Assembly (NCBI RefSeq): GCF_036321535.1
Contig: NC_087436.1
Location: forward strand, 93,684,001 to 93,748,000
Source of the DNA: Camelus dromedarius
Lineage: Eukaryota
Length of the DNA: 64,000 nucleotides
Direction: 5' to 3'
Shown one piece after another: positions 12,705-24,436 of this stretch (positions are counted from its first letter, which is position 1; each line of letters opens with the position of its first letter). The notes under the pieces were generated by a model. It was not told where the DNA came from and did no database searches. It saw only the letters and a list, made by a program, of their open reading frames with translations. The translations under genes and the position numbers were made by a program.

Positions 12705-13135
12705 TGAATGAGTTAGGATCAACTTCAATGGCTAGGAACACAGGACTCTAAAATAACAGTGGTTTATTACAGTAGAAATTTATTTCCCTTTCACATGGAA
12801 GCTGGCAATAGCAGTCCACTGATATGGTGGCTCTGTTCCACAAAGACCTCAGGAACCCAAATTCCTTGGCCTTACTACTCCTGCATCCCTAGGGTATAGT
12901 GTGTGTACTCATGGTCCAAGAAGACTTGTCTGTCCCACACAGCAAGAAAAAAAATGTGCCTACCAGCTATTTTATAAGGAAGGTTCTTAGAAGCTTCCAT
13001 ACAATCCTTATACTTACATCCCAATAGTCAGAATGTTACCTGCATTGCCACACCTAGCTGCAAGGGAGGCTGGGAAATGTATTCTGTATTCTGCATGGCC
13101 ATGTGTCCAATAAAAAGGAAGAAGACACTGGATAT
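12705..13135 (-). mobile_element. Old MaLR LTR (MLT1I/J-like)
   Basis: aaaataacagtggttta...tttatttccct...gccacacctagctgcaagggaggctgggaaatgta motifs. Confidence 0.65.
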
Positions 13136-14948
13136 TGATGAACACCTTGCAATGTCTCCTATCTTTTTTATGAGCCCCTAGCACAGGCTTCTCATAGACA
13201 AAAGGAAAAGTACAGAATGGTTTTCCTGGTAAACTTTATTATTCAGGGGGAAAAAAAAAGTTTACACATAATTACCTATCGTACAACATGATTACAATTT
13301 AGAGCAAGATTACAGTATAAAACCACCTAGATGCAGTGTGAAGCCTTCATCAGTCACCGCCTTCTACCTCCAGGGCCGTTTACCGCAGGCTAAGTTCCTC
13401 TTAGATTTGGTGCTTAGGAAGAAGTTTCCTTTTTTGATAAACTTCTTTTATCAGATGACTAAAACTTTGTACATTTTAGGGGCAAGAAATTAAATTTCTT
13501 CTCAACTCCATGGCTCTATTTTCTTGTATTATTTTATTGGTTCAAATACATTTATATCTTTTATATAAGCTGCTTCAAATTCTCTTTTAATTTAGGTGTC
13601 AAATAAATATCTCAGAGGAGTAATAAAAAATAGCTTTTACCCTGATCCTTATAAGTGTGTTTTTCAAAGTTAATCTCAGAAAAATATTTCTCTCTGAACT
13701 CCTCCACCCCATTTATAGTCTAAAAATCCTATCTTACATTTTGCATCAAATATTAAAGCTTATCCACTAACCACTCTGGCAGTCCGAACAAATTACTTCA
13801 GTTATGCTGATTTTTTTATGGACACTTAACCTTTAAGAATGCACTTAACAAAAAGAATGGTCCCCAAAGAAAAACACACTGAGATTCCTCCACAGGCGAT
13901 GATAACCAGTTTCCCAACCTTGATCAAGTTATGTAACATTGCTGAAACCTGTTTCTTCGCCTGCAAAATGGAAATATCTCCTATACCTGTGTTGTAAGAT
14001 CTCAGATGTGACTGAACTAGTTACAGCACTTTGAAAATTGTGTAGTGCTCTAGAGGTACAGGCTCCTGTTCTTGTATCAGAAACAAATATATACACTTTA
14101 ATCTATGGGAGTATAGTTCTACGTGCTCCCACACAGAGATTTTGATTCTAGAGAAGATGGCACCTACTTCAACCTGCCCTTTTAATGTGCTGGTAAAAGG
14201 CCTAATTGTAATTTGTCGTCAAATACTTTGTCGATTTCCTAGACTCTCAACAACCATCTTTTGTCTAATACTTAACTTAGGTGGGAAGTCAAGTCCTGGC
14301 ACACCACCACTGAGAATAATAATGACCTTGAAGTTGGTTGAGGCAACCCCCAAAATAGCTTCCACTTTGTCATCATTGCTGCTGTGTCCTAGCCTGAGGA
14401 GGACCGCAGCTCTAAGAGAAAAGTGTATTGAAGACCCTGCCAAAACAGTGGGAGAGAAAATTGGCTCTATTTAATATACTCTCAAACCTGTCTACTTTGA
14501 AAGAGTATGGTGTGGATAGTAATCATATGTGTCTAATTGTATGGAAGCCAAAGAAGGATTCATGCCTGAGGTGGTATTTTTGTCTTCTCTTCTCTAAATG
14601 CTCACTGTGAAATAACAATCAGATGAGGAAGATGTGTGATTGGGTTGACTGCAGGTACGGCAGCTGGACCCGTTCTCTGAATAATGTTGTGCAGTTACCC
14701 TTTCCTGAATCTCTGTGTGATCATAGATCTTCCTGTTACACTGTGTTTAGGCACTAAATACTTAAACTGGAAAGCAGAGAATATTGGGGCTGACTTGTTG
14801 ATCTTACAGCCACATCTGAATAATCCTTTCTGGTTTTGAATAGGATGTACTGCTGCCATTCAGTAGGTGAGTGGCACAGTCAGACTACTGCAGGGAGAAG
14901 TAATAAACCTGCCTGGCAATTTTATATACATATGTTGTGATCTTTACT

Positions 14949-14994
14949 TTTTTTAACTGAAGTGTAAGTTGATTTACAATGTTGTGTTCATTTC
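14949..14994 (-). mobile_element. 46-bp L1 3' tip with a perfect 13-bp TSD
   Basis: Reverse complement resembles the L1 end at 9160-9200; tgtgatctttact at 14936-14948 and 14995-15007. Confidence 0.85.
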
Positions 14995-16199
14995 TGTGAT
15001 CTTTACTCCTTCAAATCACCAGGTTGCTGATTGCAAGAGCATGCCCACCTGTGCCCCTTCTCCATTTTTTATTATGATTATGGCTTTTGAATTTCAGAGA
15101 TTTGTTGGTTCCAACAAAGGTGTTTCCCAGCACTTCTTAGAAAAACAAAATTGAAGTTATAGAAATGGCCTGTAGCTTTCTTAAAGTAAAATATGAATGT
15201 CCATTCTAGTTTTAAGGTTTTATTTTTACTTTTTTTTTGGCAGATTGACACTTAAGCCTGTGGCTTCTAAGTAGTGGATTGTAAATTTTGCTACTTTGTA
15301 CTTTGTGCACATTATAAGGAAATAGTGTTCTTAGGTAATATTTCATATCATCTTAAGATTTTAATATCTCCTTTCGTGACTTGTAAGAAAAGCCAGGTTT
15401 TATTGTGTGTTTCAAATGAGACCTTCTGATGATATTTAAAACATAGCCAGGTCATAGGAGTAGCTTCAATTAAATGTATGTAAGGGGATGGGTGGATAGA
15501 TGGATATTTACAGTAGATACCAATTTTCCCTCTAGATAATTTTTATCCACTTACATCTCACACTCTTTAGTTTTCAGATTTGTCTTTGCAGAGTCTCTGT
15601 GACTTTGTGTTTTGATTTTGGTTAACAGTCTGTGAACAGAGAGGCATAATCCGTTTATTTTCCACCATCATCTTGTCGGTTCCTATGTACATATTTTCCT
15701 GAGGACATGACTTATAGAGCAGAAGCAGTCTCAAAAGAAGGATGTCTTAAATAATAAAGCAGACTTAATAAGTGTTTTGTTCTGATTTCATTTCTGCTAC
15801 TTTAATTGTTCAGCTCTAAGACATAAAGTAGCCACTTACTGATTAAAGAGAGGCCACCTACTCAAACCAGGGTGTTCTCATGTGATACATTGTTTCTGAA
15901 CTGACATGTGAGTGGCTAATTTTATCATCTAGTTTTTTTTTTATTTCATCTAGTTTTTTTATTTTTAATTTTTTTTATAAGTCTAATACCTAATACCTCT
16001 TTGCGAAGACTGCCCTATCTCCAGGAAGTATCATTTAGTTTTCTTGATCTTAATAAAAACTACCTTTTTTGTAAAAATATGTTTAGCTTAGAAATCTTAG
16101 TTTTTCAATGAGATGCACTGTGGTTGATGCCATTTAAAAATATTTTGTATTACAGCGCATTTTTCCCCAAAGCCACATTAGAATGAAGTAATTAATAGC

Positions 16200-16412
16200 A
16201 AATAATAAAAGACATTTACTGAGTGATTTTTATGTGCCTGGCTTTGCACTGGGCACTCAGTTCCATATCAACTGTATGGTGTAGGAGCTGTCATCAATTC
16301 TGTCACCGTCAGCAGACAGGCCATTCATTAGAAATTGAGCTGTTTGTCTGAGGTCACACAGCTCGCCAGCATTGGAGCTGAGATTCAAGGCCGTCGGCTC
16401 ACTCCAGAGCTC
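16200..16412 (-). mobile_element. MIR SINE
   Basis: acatttactgagtg...tatgtgcctggc...gaggtcacacagct...ggagctgagattcaa...actccagagc. Confidence 0.65.
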
Positions 16413-17937
16413 CTGTCTGTGATGGCCCTGGAACAAATTCAGCGCAGTAAGCTCAGCAAAGACTATGTCCCCGGTGAATTTAAATTAAGAAATATTGTGT
16501 TGATCTTATGCCAAAATACTTGATAAAAATACACAAAGTGTGTAGTATGACGAGGCCCAAATCTAAGAACCATTTAAGTAGTGAGTTCTTGGAATATTTA
16601 GTCAAGAATCTTTAACAGAAAAATCCTTATCTATAAATAAATCCCTATTTCAAGGTCACTTAAAAAATCTTAATTTTTTTTAAAAGGAAAATATAGGGGA
16701 AGGTGTTAGGAAATTGTTAAGAGTTTTGTTACAACTGTAAAAAGAATGCAACCACAGGAAAGGTCAGCTGAGTACAGTGTGTAATTTTTCTGAGGCTGTG
16801 ACAGACACTTCAGGGTCTCAAATAGGCCCTGCAAATAAATATGAAGAAATAGCAGAGGCCCTGAAACTTATTTTGGTGAGCTTTCCTCCCCTCTGTCTGG
16901 CAGGCGGTGGGTCAGGATTCTGAGAGCTCACAGGTTTTGGACATTTGGGGCTCATTCCCTTGTTTCTGTAGTCATTGTTTTTGCCAGTTCCCTTGGCTAA
17001 GGACGGTTTCACACTAGGTTCTGAGCAGCCTCCGTGTGCTGCCTGGAGCCCTTAGCAAACCTGTAAAAAATGGTCTGGACCTGGGGTCCTGGCTTCATGC
17101 TCTTGTCTTGAGAAGCTGATGACAAAGCTGAAGGGAATGAAGAGCCTTCTTGCTGTCTGTCTTCTAACAGTGAAGTTCTGGGTCCAGAAAAGGTAAAGGG
17201 ACCAGGAGGTGAGTTAGAGAAGAAGAGAGGCAACAGAAGCAGATCACCAGTGCTCACAGAAAGTGTTTTAAAGCTAGTCTTAAAGCGTTTTAAATTCAGC
17301 TAGTTTGGATTAAGGCGTCTGCCTCCCTCAGGAATAATACTGCTCAAAAGAGTAGCCAGCAGCAGCTGCAGCTAAGACTTCGGAAGAGGTTTTTCTTCTT
17401 GAAGAATGGGAGCATTGTGCAGATTCCTCTTCTGATTTTGAAAACACAGACCTCACAAGAGCTTCAAGAGTTTTCCCTTGCAGAGGGGGTGAATCCTGAG
17501 CCCTTGTGGCCCTAAATCTTATCCGAGACCACTCACCTCTCATTCAGGTGACTTCCTGTTGTAATGACATGACAGGCTCTTTCCTACCACTTGGCCTCTG
17601 CACATGCTGTTCCAGGAATGCTGTTCCCTTGTCTCTTCCCAAAGGCAGCCCCTTCTAGTTCAAGGTGACATTGCTTCTGCCTCAGACCAGCCTATCCAAA
17701 TAGCCCACCGCCTCCCCAGACACAATTGATCCCACCACCTAAAATGCCTCTTTTATTCATTACTGTGTTCTCAGCTTCTAAAATGGTACTTGGCACTCAT
17801 AGGAGGCCCTCAGTACTAAAGAATGGATGAGTAAGTGGATGAATGATTGAATATAATTCACATTTTTTATTCTGCAGAGCCAATAGTTAGATGGTGTCTG
17901 GTGGGAAAGAATGATGACCTTTTCTGTTTCCCTAGGC

Positions 17938-18125
17938 CAGTGGTTCTTAAAAGTATGGTCCTAAAACCAGCAGCATGAAATCAGCAACACCTGGGAACTG
18001 TTTGTTAGAAATGCAGCTTCTCAGGCCCCACCCCAGACCAACTGAGTCAGAAGCTCTGGGGGTGGTGCCCAGCGATTTGTGTTCTAGCAGGTTCTGCAGG
18101 TGACTGTGACGCTTGAGAACCACAG
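17938..18125. mobile_element. MER5A (hAT-Charlie MITE)
   Basis: Terminal inverted repeats cagtggttct...agaaccacag; internal ttagaaatgcag...ccccaccccagacc. Confidence 0.85.
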
Positions 18126-21100
18126 CCCCGGGGAAGTGGGGTGGGTCACGGATGCAGGGTCCAAGTCTATCTGATGACCTCTGCACCCCAAGCCCTAGAA
18201 CAACGCCTGGCACAGAGTAGACAGGAAATATTTGTTGAATGAGCTGATCTGTGTCCTCTTCCCCGCAGCTCCTCGTCCCGTGCCTCGCACACGGAAGGCA
18301 CTGGGCGCACAAAAGTCGGGGAAGGAGCGAGTGCCGTTTGGAGTACCAGAGGGAGACCTTTTGTGCTCTGCACTGCAGACGCAGACGTTGCCAAATTTAG
18401 AATCGCAGCTCAGCCATTCCTCCTTCCTGTGGCCTCCAGAGCAGGAAGGGAATTTCCAGCTGCTGTTAGATGCTGATTTGTTTTCATTTGACGCTTTGGT
18501 TCCTGCAAGTGAGCGCAGGGGAGAGGGTGATTGGAGGCAGGCTTCCCTCATGCAGACCCCACCCGGGAGGAGAGCAGAGTGAACTTGCAGGGGTGCAGCC
18601 AGGCCAGTGGCACTGGGCCTGAGGCGCTGGAAGGGGCGGGTCCTTGCTGCTCACAGATGGTCTCCTTGTTCCTCCGCCAAGTATTGCTCTTGGCCCAAGA
18701 GGCTCCCAGCATAAGAGGGACTTTCTGGGGCTCTCAGCCTTGCTATTTTTACACTCTGACTTCCAGGCCCTGCTTCCAGAACAAAACTGCAAACAACGAA
18801 GGGCCACAGAGCCACTTAGAAAGGATACCTATAGCTTTCTGCTCCTCCTGCTGATCCGTGTCCCCTCTCCCCACCGTGACAGCGGCTTTGGTAGGATGAT
18901 CATAAAGCTCCTTAAGTGTGAGATTCTATAGGGAAGGGAGGAGGGAGAATTAGGTACATCTTAGTCTCCTCAGTGTGCCTGGGGGTAGAATTTGATCCTC
19001 AGGCTTCTAATCGGAGGGGCTGCAGGTATGTGGACCCACTGCAGTGGCTGCCTGGGTTACTGGATGCAGATTTAGGGAGGGAGGCACAGAAAGAAGGACC
19101 CTGTGCAAAGCCCACATTGGAAGTGTCCTTGCATTGATGTACCCAGATAGAGCTCAGGGTGAATCTTGGTGCCCACACCTACCAGCTTTCCACCTTGGTT
19201 AGGTCAACTGGCTGGTCTCATCGCCTCAGACTTGAAGCCATTGTGTTCTTTCTTTTGTTTCTACCCTTATTTATTCACCTTCTAAATTCCCCCAAACTGT
19301 CCATACTGATTTTCCTCAGGTCTCTGAAAAAGTAACACCCATTTCTACGTAGGGATATAGTTTACTCCCTTGGCTTTAAACCAAATGGCTGTCCTCTCCG
19401 AGCCTGAGAAACGGAATGACACTAGTATGTCCTTCACAGGGCAGCAGTGGCCACTCCACGAGCTCCTGCGATAAAGAAGCAATAAGGACAAAAAACTGGC
19501 CACCAAACTGGCTGGGTGTACGCTGTTGAGTTTTCTGTACATAAAAGTAATTTTAAAATTCTTCAAAAACTAACTAAATAAAAAAGAAACAATAAGGAGC
19601 TAGGTAATTCAGCCCACAGTCAGCGCCAGCATCCCTGTTACTTTTACTGTTACCACCAGTATCATTGTTACCCTCCTGAGAAACACATGGCTGCATTAAT
19701 GGAACCTGGGTGTGAGCCTTGAAAGGCCCAGATTCTTGTCCCGACTTGTTAATATTTCCTCCCCACCCCTTGCCTTCTGGCTGGGATTGATGTGAGCCGC
19801 TGATGTGGTGGTGGATGTGAAGACATGCTATACTTTTTTTTTTTCCCTGATGAAGGCCCCAGACCCACAGTGGGGGGAAAAACTCAAGAATCATTACAGA
19901 TACAACTGTATTCATTTGGGGATGTCTTGTGTTTGAGAGAAACCTCAGAAACCTTTAGCAAATGTGCTTCAAAATAGACGATAGGAGACATCTTTATTTT
20001 AAAAATTATGAAATATTTATTTTTTTACTTCCACATTCATGGAGAGACAGACAGACATAACATACACTTGGAGAAAGAGAAGGCTTCTGTGAAACAGAGG
20101 CACGGGATTCAGGGCATGGTGCTTGACTGGAAGAAGCCCAGCAAGGCATGTAGAATCTGGTCTTGTCTGGCCTCCTCAGGTTCTTGGAGTCCAGCCCTGC
20201 TCAGGGAGTCTGGTTGACCTTCTTCTCCAGGGACAGAGTCACCGTCAGATTAGCTTCTTTTATCCTCATTCTTTCAGCCATGGTGATCAGTTACTCCCAT
20301 ACGTTCTGTAGTGAGCATTTTCCTTTGGACGTATGACAATATTTTCTTTTGGGTGGCTTTAGTGACCTTAATATATCATTATATTTTTGGCTTTGGAGAC
20401 CTGTAATATGTAGTAATAATGATAATAGCAAAAGCAGTGACAGTGAACATTTGTGTAGTGAACATGCCTGTTACATGCCAGCCTTTATTCTGAGTGTTGT
20501 ACACACTCCTCAGCCAGGTAGTTACTGTTTTGATCCCTCTTTTACCGATAAGCATCTGAAGCCCAAAGAGGCTGAGTAACTTGTTCAAGGCCATTTACTT
20601 AGTGAGTGGCTCAGTCAAGATGGGACGGCCCCGCACAGAGTTGACCCTCCCGGTTTCTGTGCCCGGCTGCATGATGCCATCTCTAGCATCTTTGCTGACT
20701 CCCCTCATTTCTACTCTCACTGGACTATTCAAACATCTTCTGCAGCCTTTCTGCAGATTTCTCCGCTTTAACTCTTCTGTAACCCCACAGTTGGTCTGAG
20801 TTCCAGTCCTTAGGTTGGGCGACTCTGAGATGGAATACTGTGGTTTGCTTTACGCTCTCCAGTGCCGAATGGAACCGCCCCAGGTTACTGTGGCAAAGTG
20901 ACTCACCCAGAAAGAAAGGAGTTCTGCGGTGTGGAATATCAGGCTATTCCCGCTGAAATCTCAGAACACCATGTTGTGATTTCAGGACACTGAGCAGATC
21001 TGACAAGGAGGGGTGCATGATAGACACTCAGTTTGAGAAAACTGCTGAGAATCAGGAGGACAGTGAAACTGCCAGCCCCCCTTTCCTTTCCGTAGCCTCA

Positions 21101-24100
21101 GCTCCGACGTTTCCAGCAAAGCTTCCCTAAGTAATTTTCTGAGGATCAAAGGGAGTTGGAACTTTCTCCTCTAATCACCTGGTGTTGACAGAGTTCCCTG
21201 AGCGTGTCACAGTCTGCATGTCCTCCTTCATGCCTTGTCCGCTCTGGTCCCCATTTGAGGGCAACCATTTTAAGCTGCTCTGCAACATTTTGAACAATCC
21301 CTATGGCAGAAGCAGCTTCTTGGCGTTTAGATGTCTTGGTCCTGCTATGCTCTTGCCTTAGCTATGGTTCCAAATCGTTATTTTAAGCAAAATTTTAAAA
21401 ACAAAAAACAACGGATCTCTGTTTTCAAGGAGAATCATACACACAAGATCAATATTTAAAACAGGTAAAAGTAGTACCACTATGGATAAGAGGCTCTGGA
21501 TGGGCCTGGAATTCCACCTGTCTTTGTCCCCAATTTGAAAACATTTGAAAACCACTGACCTGTTGAGTAAAGTCCAGGGTACTTATTACGTACACTTAAA
21601 TAGTGTGCACATAGTTTCATTTAGGAAAAGAAAGCAAATTGGGGCTATAAAGATGAAACAAAATGAAGTGTAATGACACTGAGACACCTCAGAAGGCATA
21701 TTTCTTACTATTCCATGGAACCTATCAATAAAAAAAAAAGAAACAAAATCTCAACTCCAGCCCAGGATCCTTTGGAATTTATCATATTATATTAGTGTTT
21801 CTTTTTGTCCATAAGAACATTCACATACACCTACAGGGGAAATAGACACTGCTCTTAACTAGAAGCTAGTATTCCTGGGTGTGGTGAGGTTGCTCTGTTT
21901 TATGAAACTGCACAGAGCTGATTTCTTCAGAATTCCTCTTTCACTGAGTGCCAAGTTTAATTGTCATCATTCAGGACTTCATTCGCTTATTTCTTCCTCC
22001 TCTTTGTCTGTTCTTCCTTCCTATCTTCTTTTCTTGCACCTACGTTATCTGTCTGTCCATCCAGATCTACCATCTGTCCACCATTCACCCAGCTCACTGT
22101 TACTGAATACCTGCCATGCTTGGTGTTGGGACTGTGATGGTGAACAAGACAGACATGATGTCTGCTCGCGCTCACGAGGCTTACGTCCCTTACAACCCGT
22201 GTAGGGTGCTGTGGAAGGGATTCTACAAGTGATTCTGAACGGTTAATAATATTGTAGATGTGCCCACCTCACTTCCTCCATCATCATCATCATCATCAAT
22301 TTCTAGCAATGGAATAACCCCCCTTTTAATTTTTATTCCAACAAAATCTCAGCAGAAACTAGAATATAAACCAAATATAAGTGACTGTCTGGGTTTGGTT
22401 GAAGGCAGAACAACCCAGCTCCTGCCATGCAGCCCAAGGCCCGTCTCAACCACTTCAGACAGCTGACCTCAAAGGCTGCTGACCGTGGTCTCTGCCCTCG
22501 GTCTGCCGTGATTTCCTGTCCTCATGGTGGGATGTGCTCTTCATGTAGGCTAATGTCCCAGCTGTAGAGGCAACTGGAATAAATGTGTCAATTCAGGCCC
22601 TCAGGCCTTAAAAAGCACAGAAGTGGTAACGAGCAGCCTCTTTACATGCTTTTCGTTTCTTGCCCAAGCTCATGGTCTGTGAGCCACTGGAACAGGACAA
22701 GGGAACACCCTTGGTAGGGTTCTCTCCAGCTTAATCCTGAGAACTGTGTATTTTGCCTTTTTTACCCCAGTGGAAATACTGAAAACAAAATAACAGCAGG
22801 AACAACCCTCAGCCCCTAAAAAGGAGAGGGGACAGAGGAGTATATTCACGTGTTTGTTTCAAGTTGTTTCTGAAAATTTTGGGTATCTTGAAATTATTTA
22901 ATCATGCTTAATCTCCTCTTGGGGGAGGGGAAATTTCCATCATAATTTGAGGCAAGTGGCAGTTTTGCTTCTGGCAGATTTAAATGAGAAAAGTGAATGC
23001 TGGGATGCCAAACGACCGCATGAATGCACATCTGTGCCCATAGTCTTAATCAACTTCTTTGTTTGGTTTCTTTTTTTCTTGCTGCGGCTGTAATAGCCTT
23101 GGTGACGCCTGCCCATGTGATGCAGTGACATTTGCACAGAGCAAGATCCACATACTTTCTCATGTGAATTGCTGTAAGGGCTCCAGCCTCTGGTGAATGA
23201 CCACATAGAAAAGGGCCTAATCTTTAGAATTAAGTGATCCCCAGATTTAAAGCACAAGTTTACCAAATTTTCCTACCACAGGTATGTCGATGCAGCTGTC
23301 TGAGTCCTCCATTCTGCCTCCCTCTCTATGGATTTCTTACTTTCTCTTCTCTCTCCTCTTGTCTCTAGCATTTTAACCCATTTCATATTCAATCAAAGAA
23401 GACCCAAAATGAGATTTTTTTTAAAGCAAATAGTTATCCAGTAAACTAATAAAATATTGATATAGACCAGGGATGGCTGAAATTGCCCAGCAGATGTATT
23501 TTATTTGCACCCCTCACACAGTGCTTAAAAAAAATTATTTTTTTAATTTAAATGCCTTTGGATTTTGCATGTGCTTACCAGTTTGCCACAGTCCCCACCA
23601 TTCTCTTCTGTATTCCACACCTACCTTCCTTCATGTATTTTCATCATTGGCCTGTTTCTAGAGTCTTGAATTCCAAGACTTTTCAACCTGCTTTTCTTGG
23701 AAATCTTCTGTGTGCAATTTAGAATTCTAGAGTATTACAAAAGACATGACTACTTTGTAGATGTTTATTGTCAAGTGGGAGGGAATCCAGTACTCACTTA
23801 TAGAAAGCAGTTAAAAAAAATCAGAGTTGTACCCATTGTGGGAATGGTATATGATACCAACCAGTAAATCTTACTAATTTACAAAGGAATACAGTAGATT
23901 TTGTGTGTAATCTTACAAATACTTGATTCTGACTAAGGGATCTTAGCCTATTCATAGGGTTCTTGGAGCTGTAAGATGACTTGATAGTGGGTCCTTTATA
24001 TCCATATTCTCAGGTGTCAACCTTCCAGTTCTTCCCTTGTTTCTTTCCACATTGTCCCTCTTACCGTACTTTGTACCTGTAGGGTGACTCGAGTTCTCAT

Positions 24101-24230
24101 TTGGGCTGTGGACACATCTGCCTACAAAATTCTCTTGATGTTTGGTACTGAAATTGGAAGACTGTAATTGTTTTCTCTTTTAATAAAACCCTCTCTCTTT
24201 TTTTTCCTTTTGTTTTCCATTTTCCAGTAG

Positions 24231-24436
24231 ATGTATGGAGTGATCACTCCTTTCAGACCGATCCGGATTTGCCACCTGGCTGGAAAAGAGTCAATGACAT
24301 TGCTGGGACCTACTACTGGCACATACCAACAGGGACGACTCAGTGGGAACGCCCTGTCTCCATCCCAGCAGACCTTCAGGGTTCTAGGAAAGGGTCACTT
24401 AGTTCTGTAACGCCGTCTCCCACCCCGGAGAACGAG
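24231..24436 (+). CDS. APBB2: APBB2 exon encoding the WW domain (phase-1 start; alternative start at 24228)
   Basis: Polypyrimidine tract plus tttcCAG/TAG acceptor. Translates (D)VWSDHSFQTDPDLPPGWKRVNDIAGTYYWHIPTGTTQWERPVSIPADLQGSRKGSLSSVTPSPTPENE, with the WW signature LPPGW...YYW...TQWERP. Donor GAG|gtaaaa, phase 0. Confidence 0.97.

Noticed and set aside
17330..17388. Exon-like stretch tcag|GAATAAT...GAAGAG|gttttt
   Set aside because: Very weak donor and no resemblance to FE65-family sequence.
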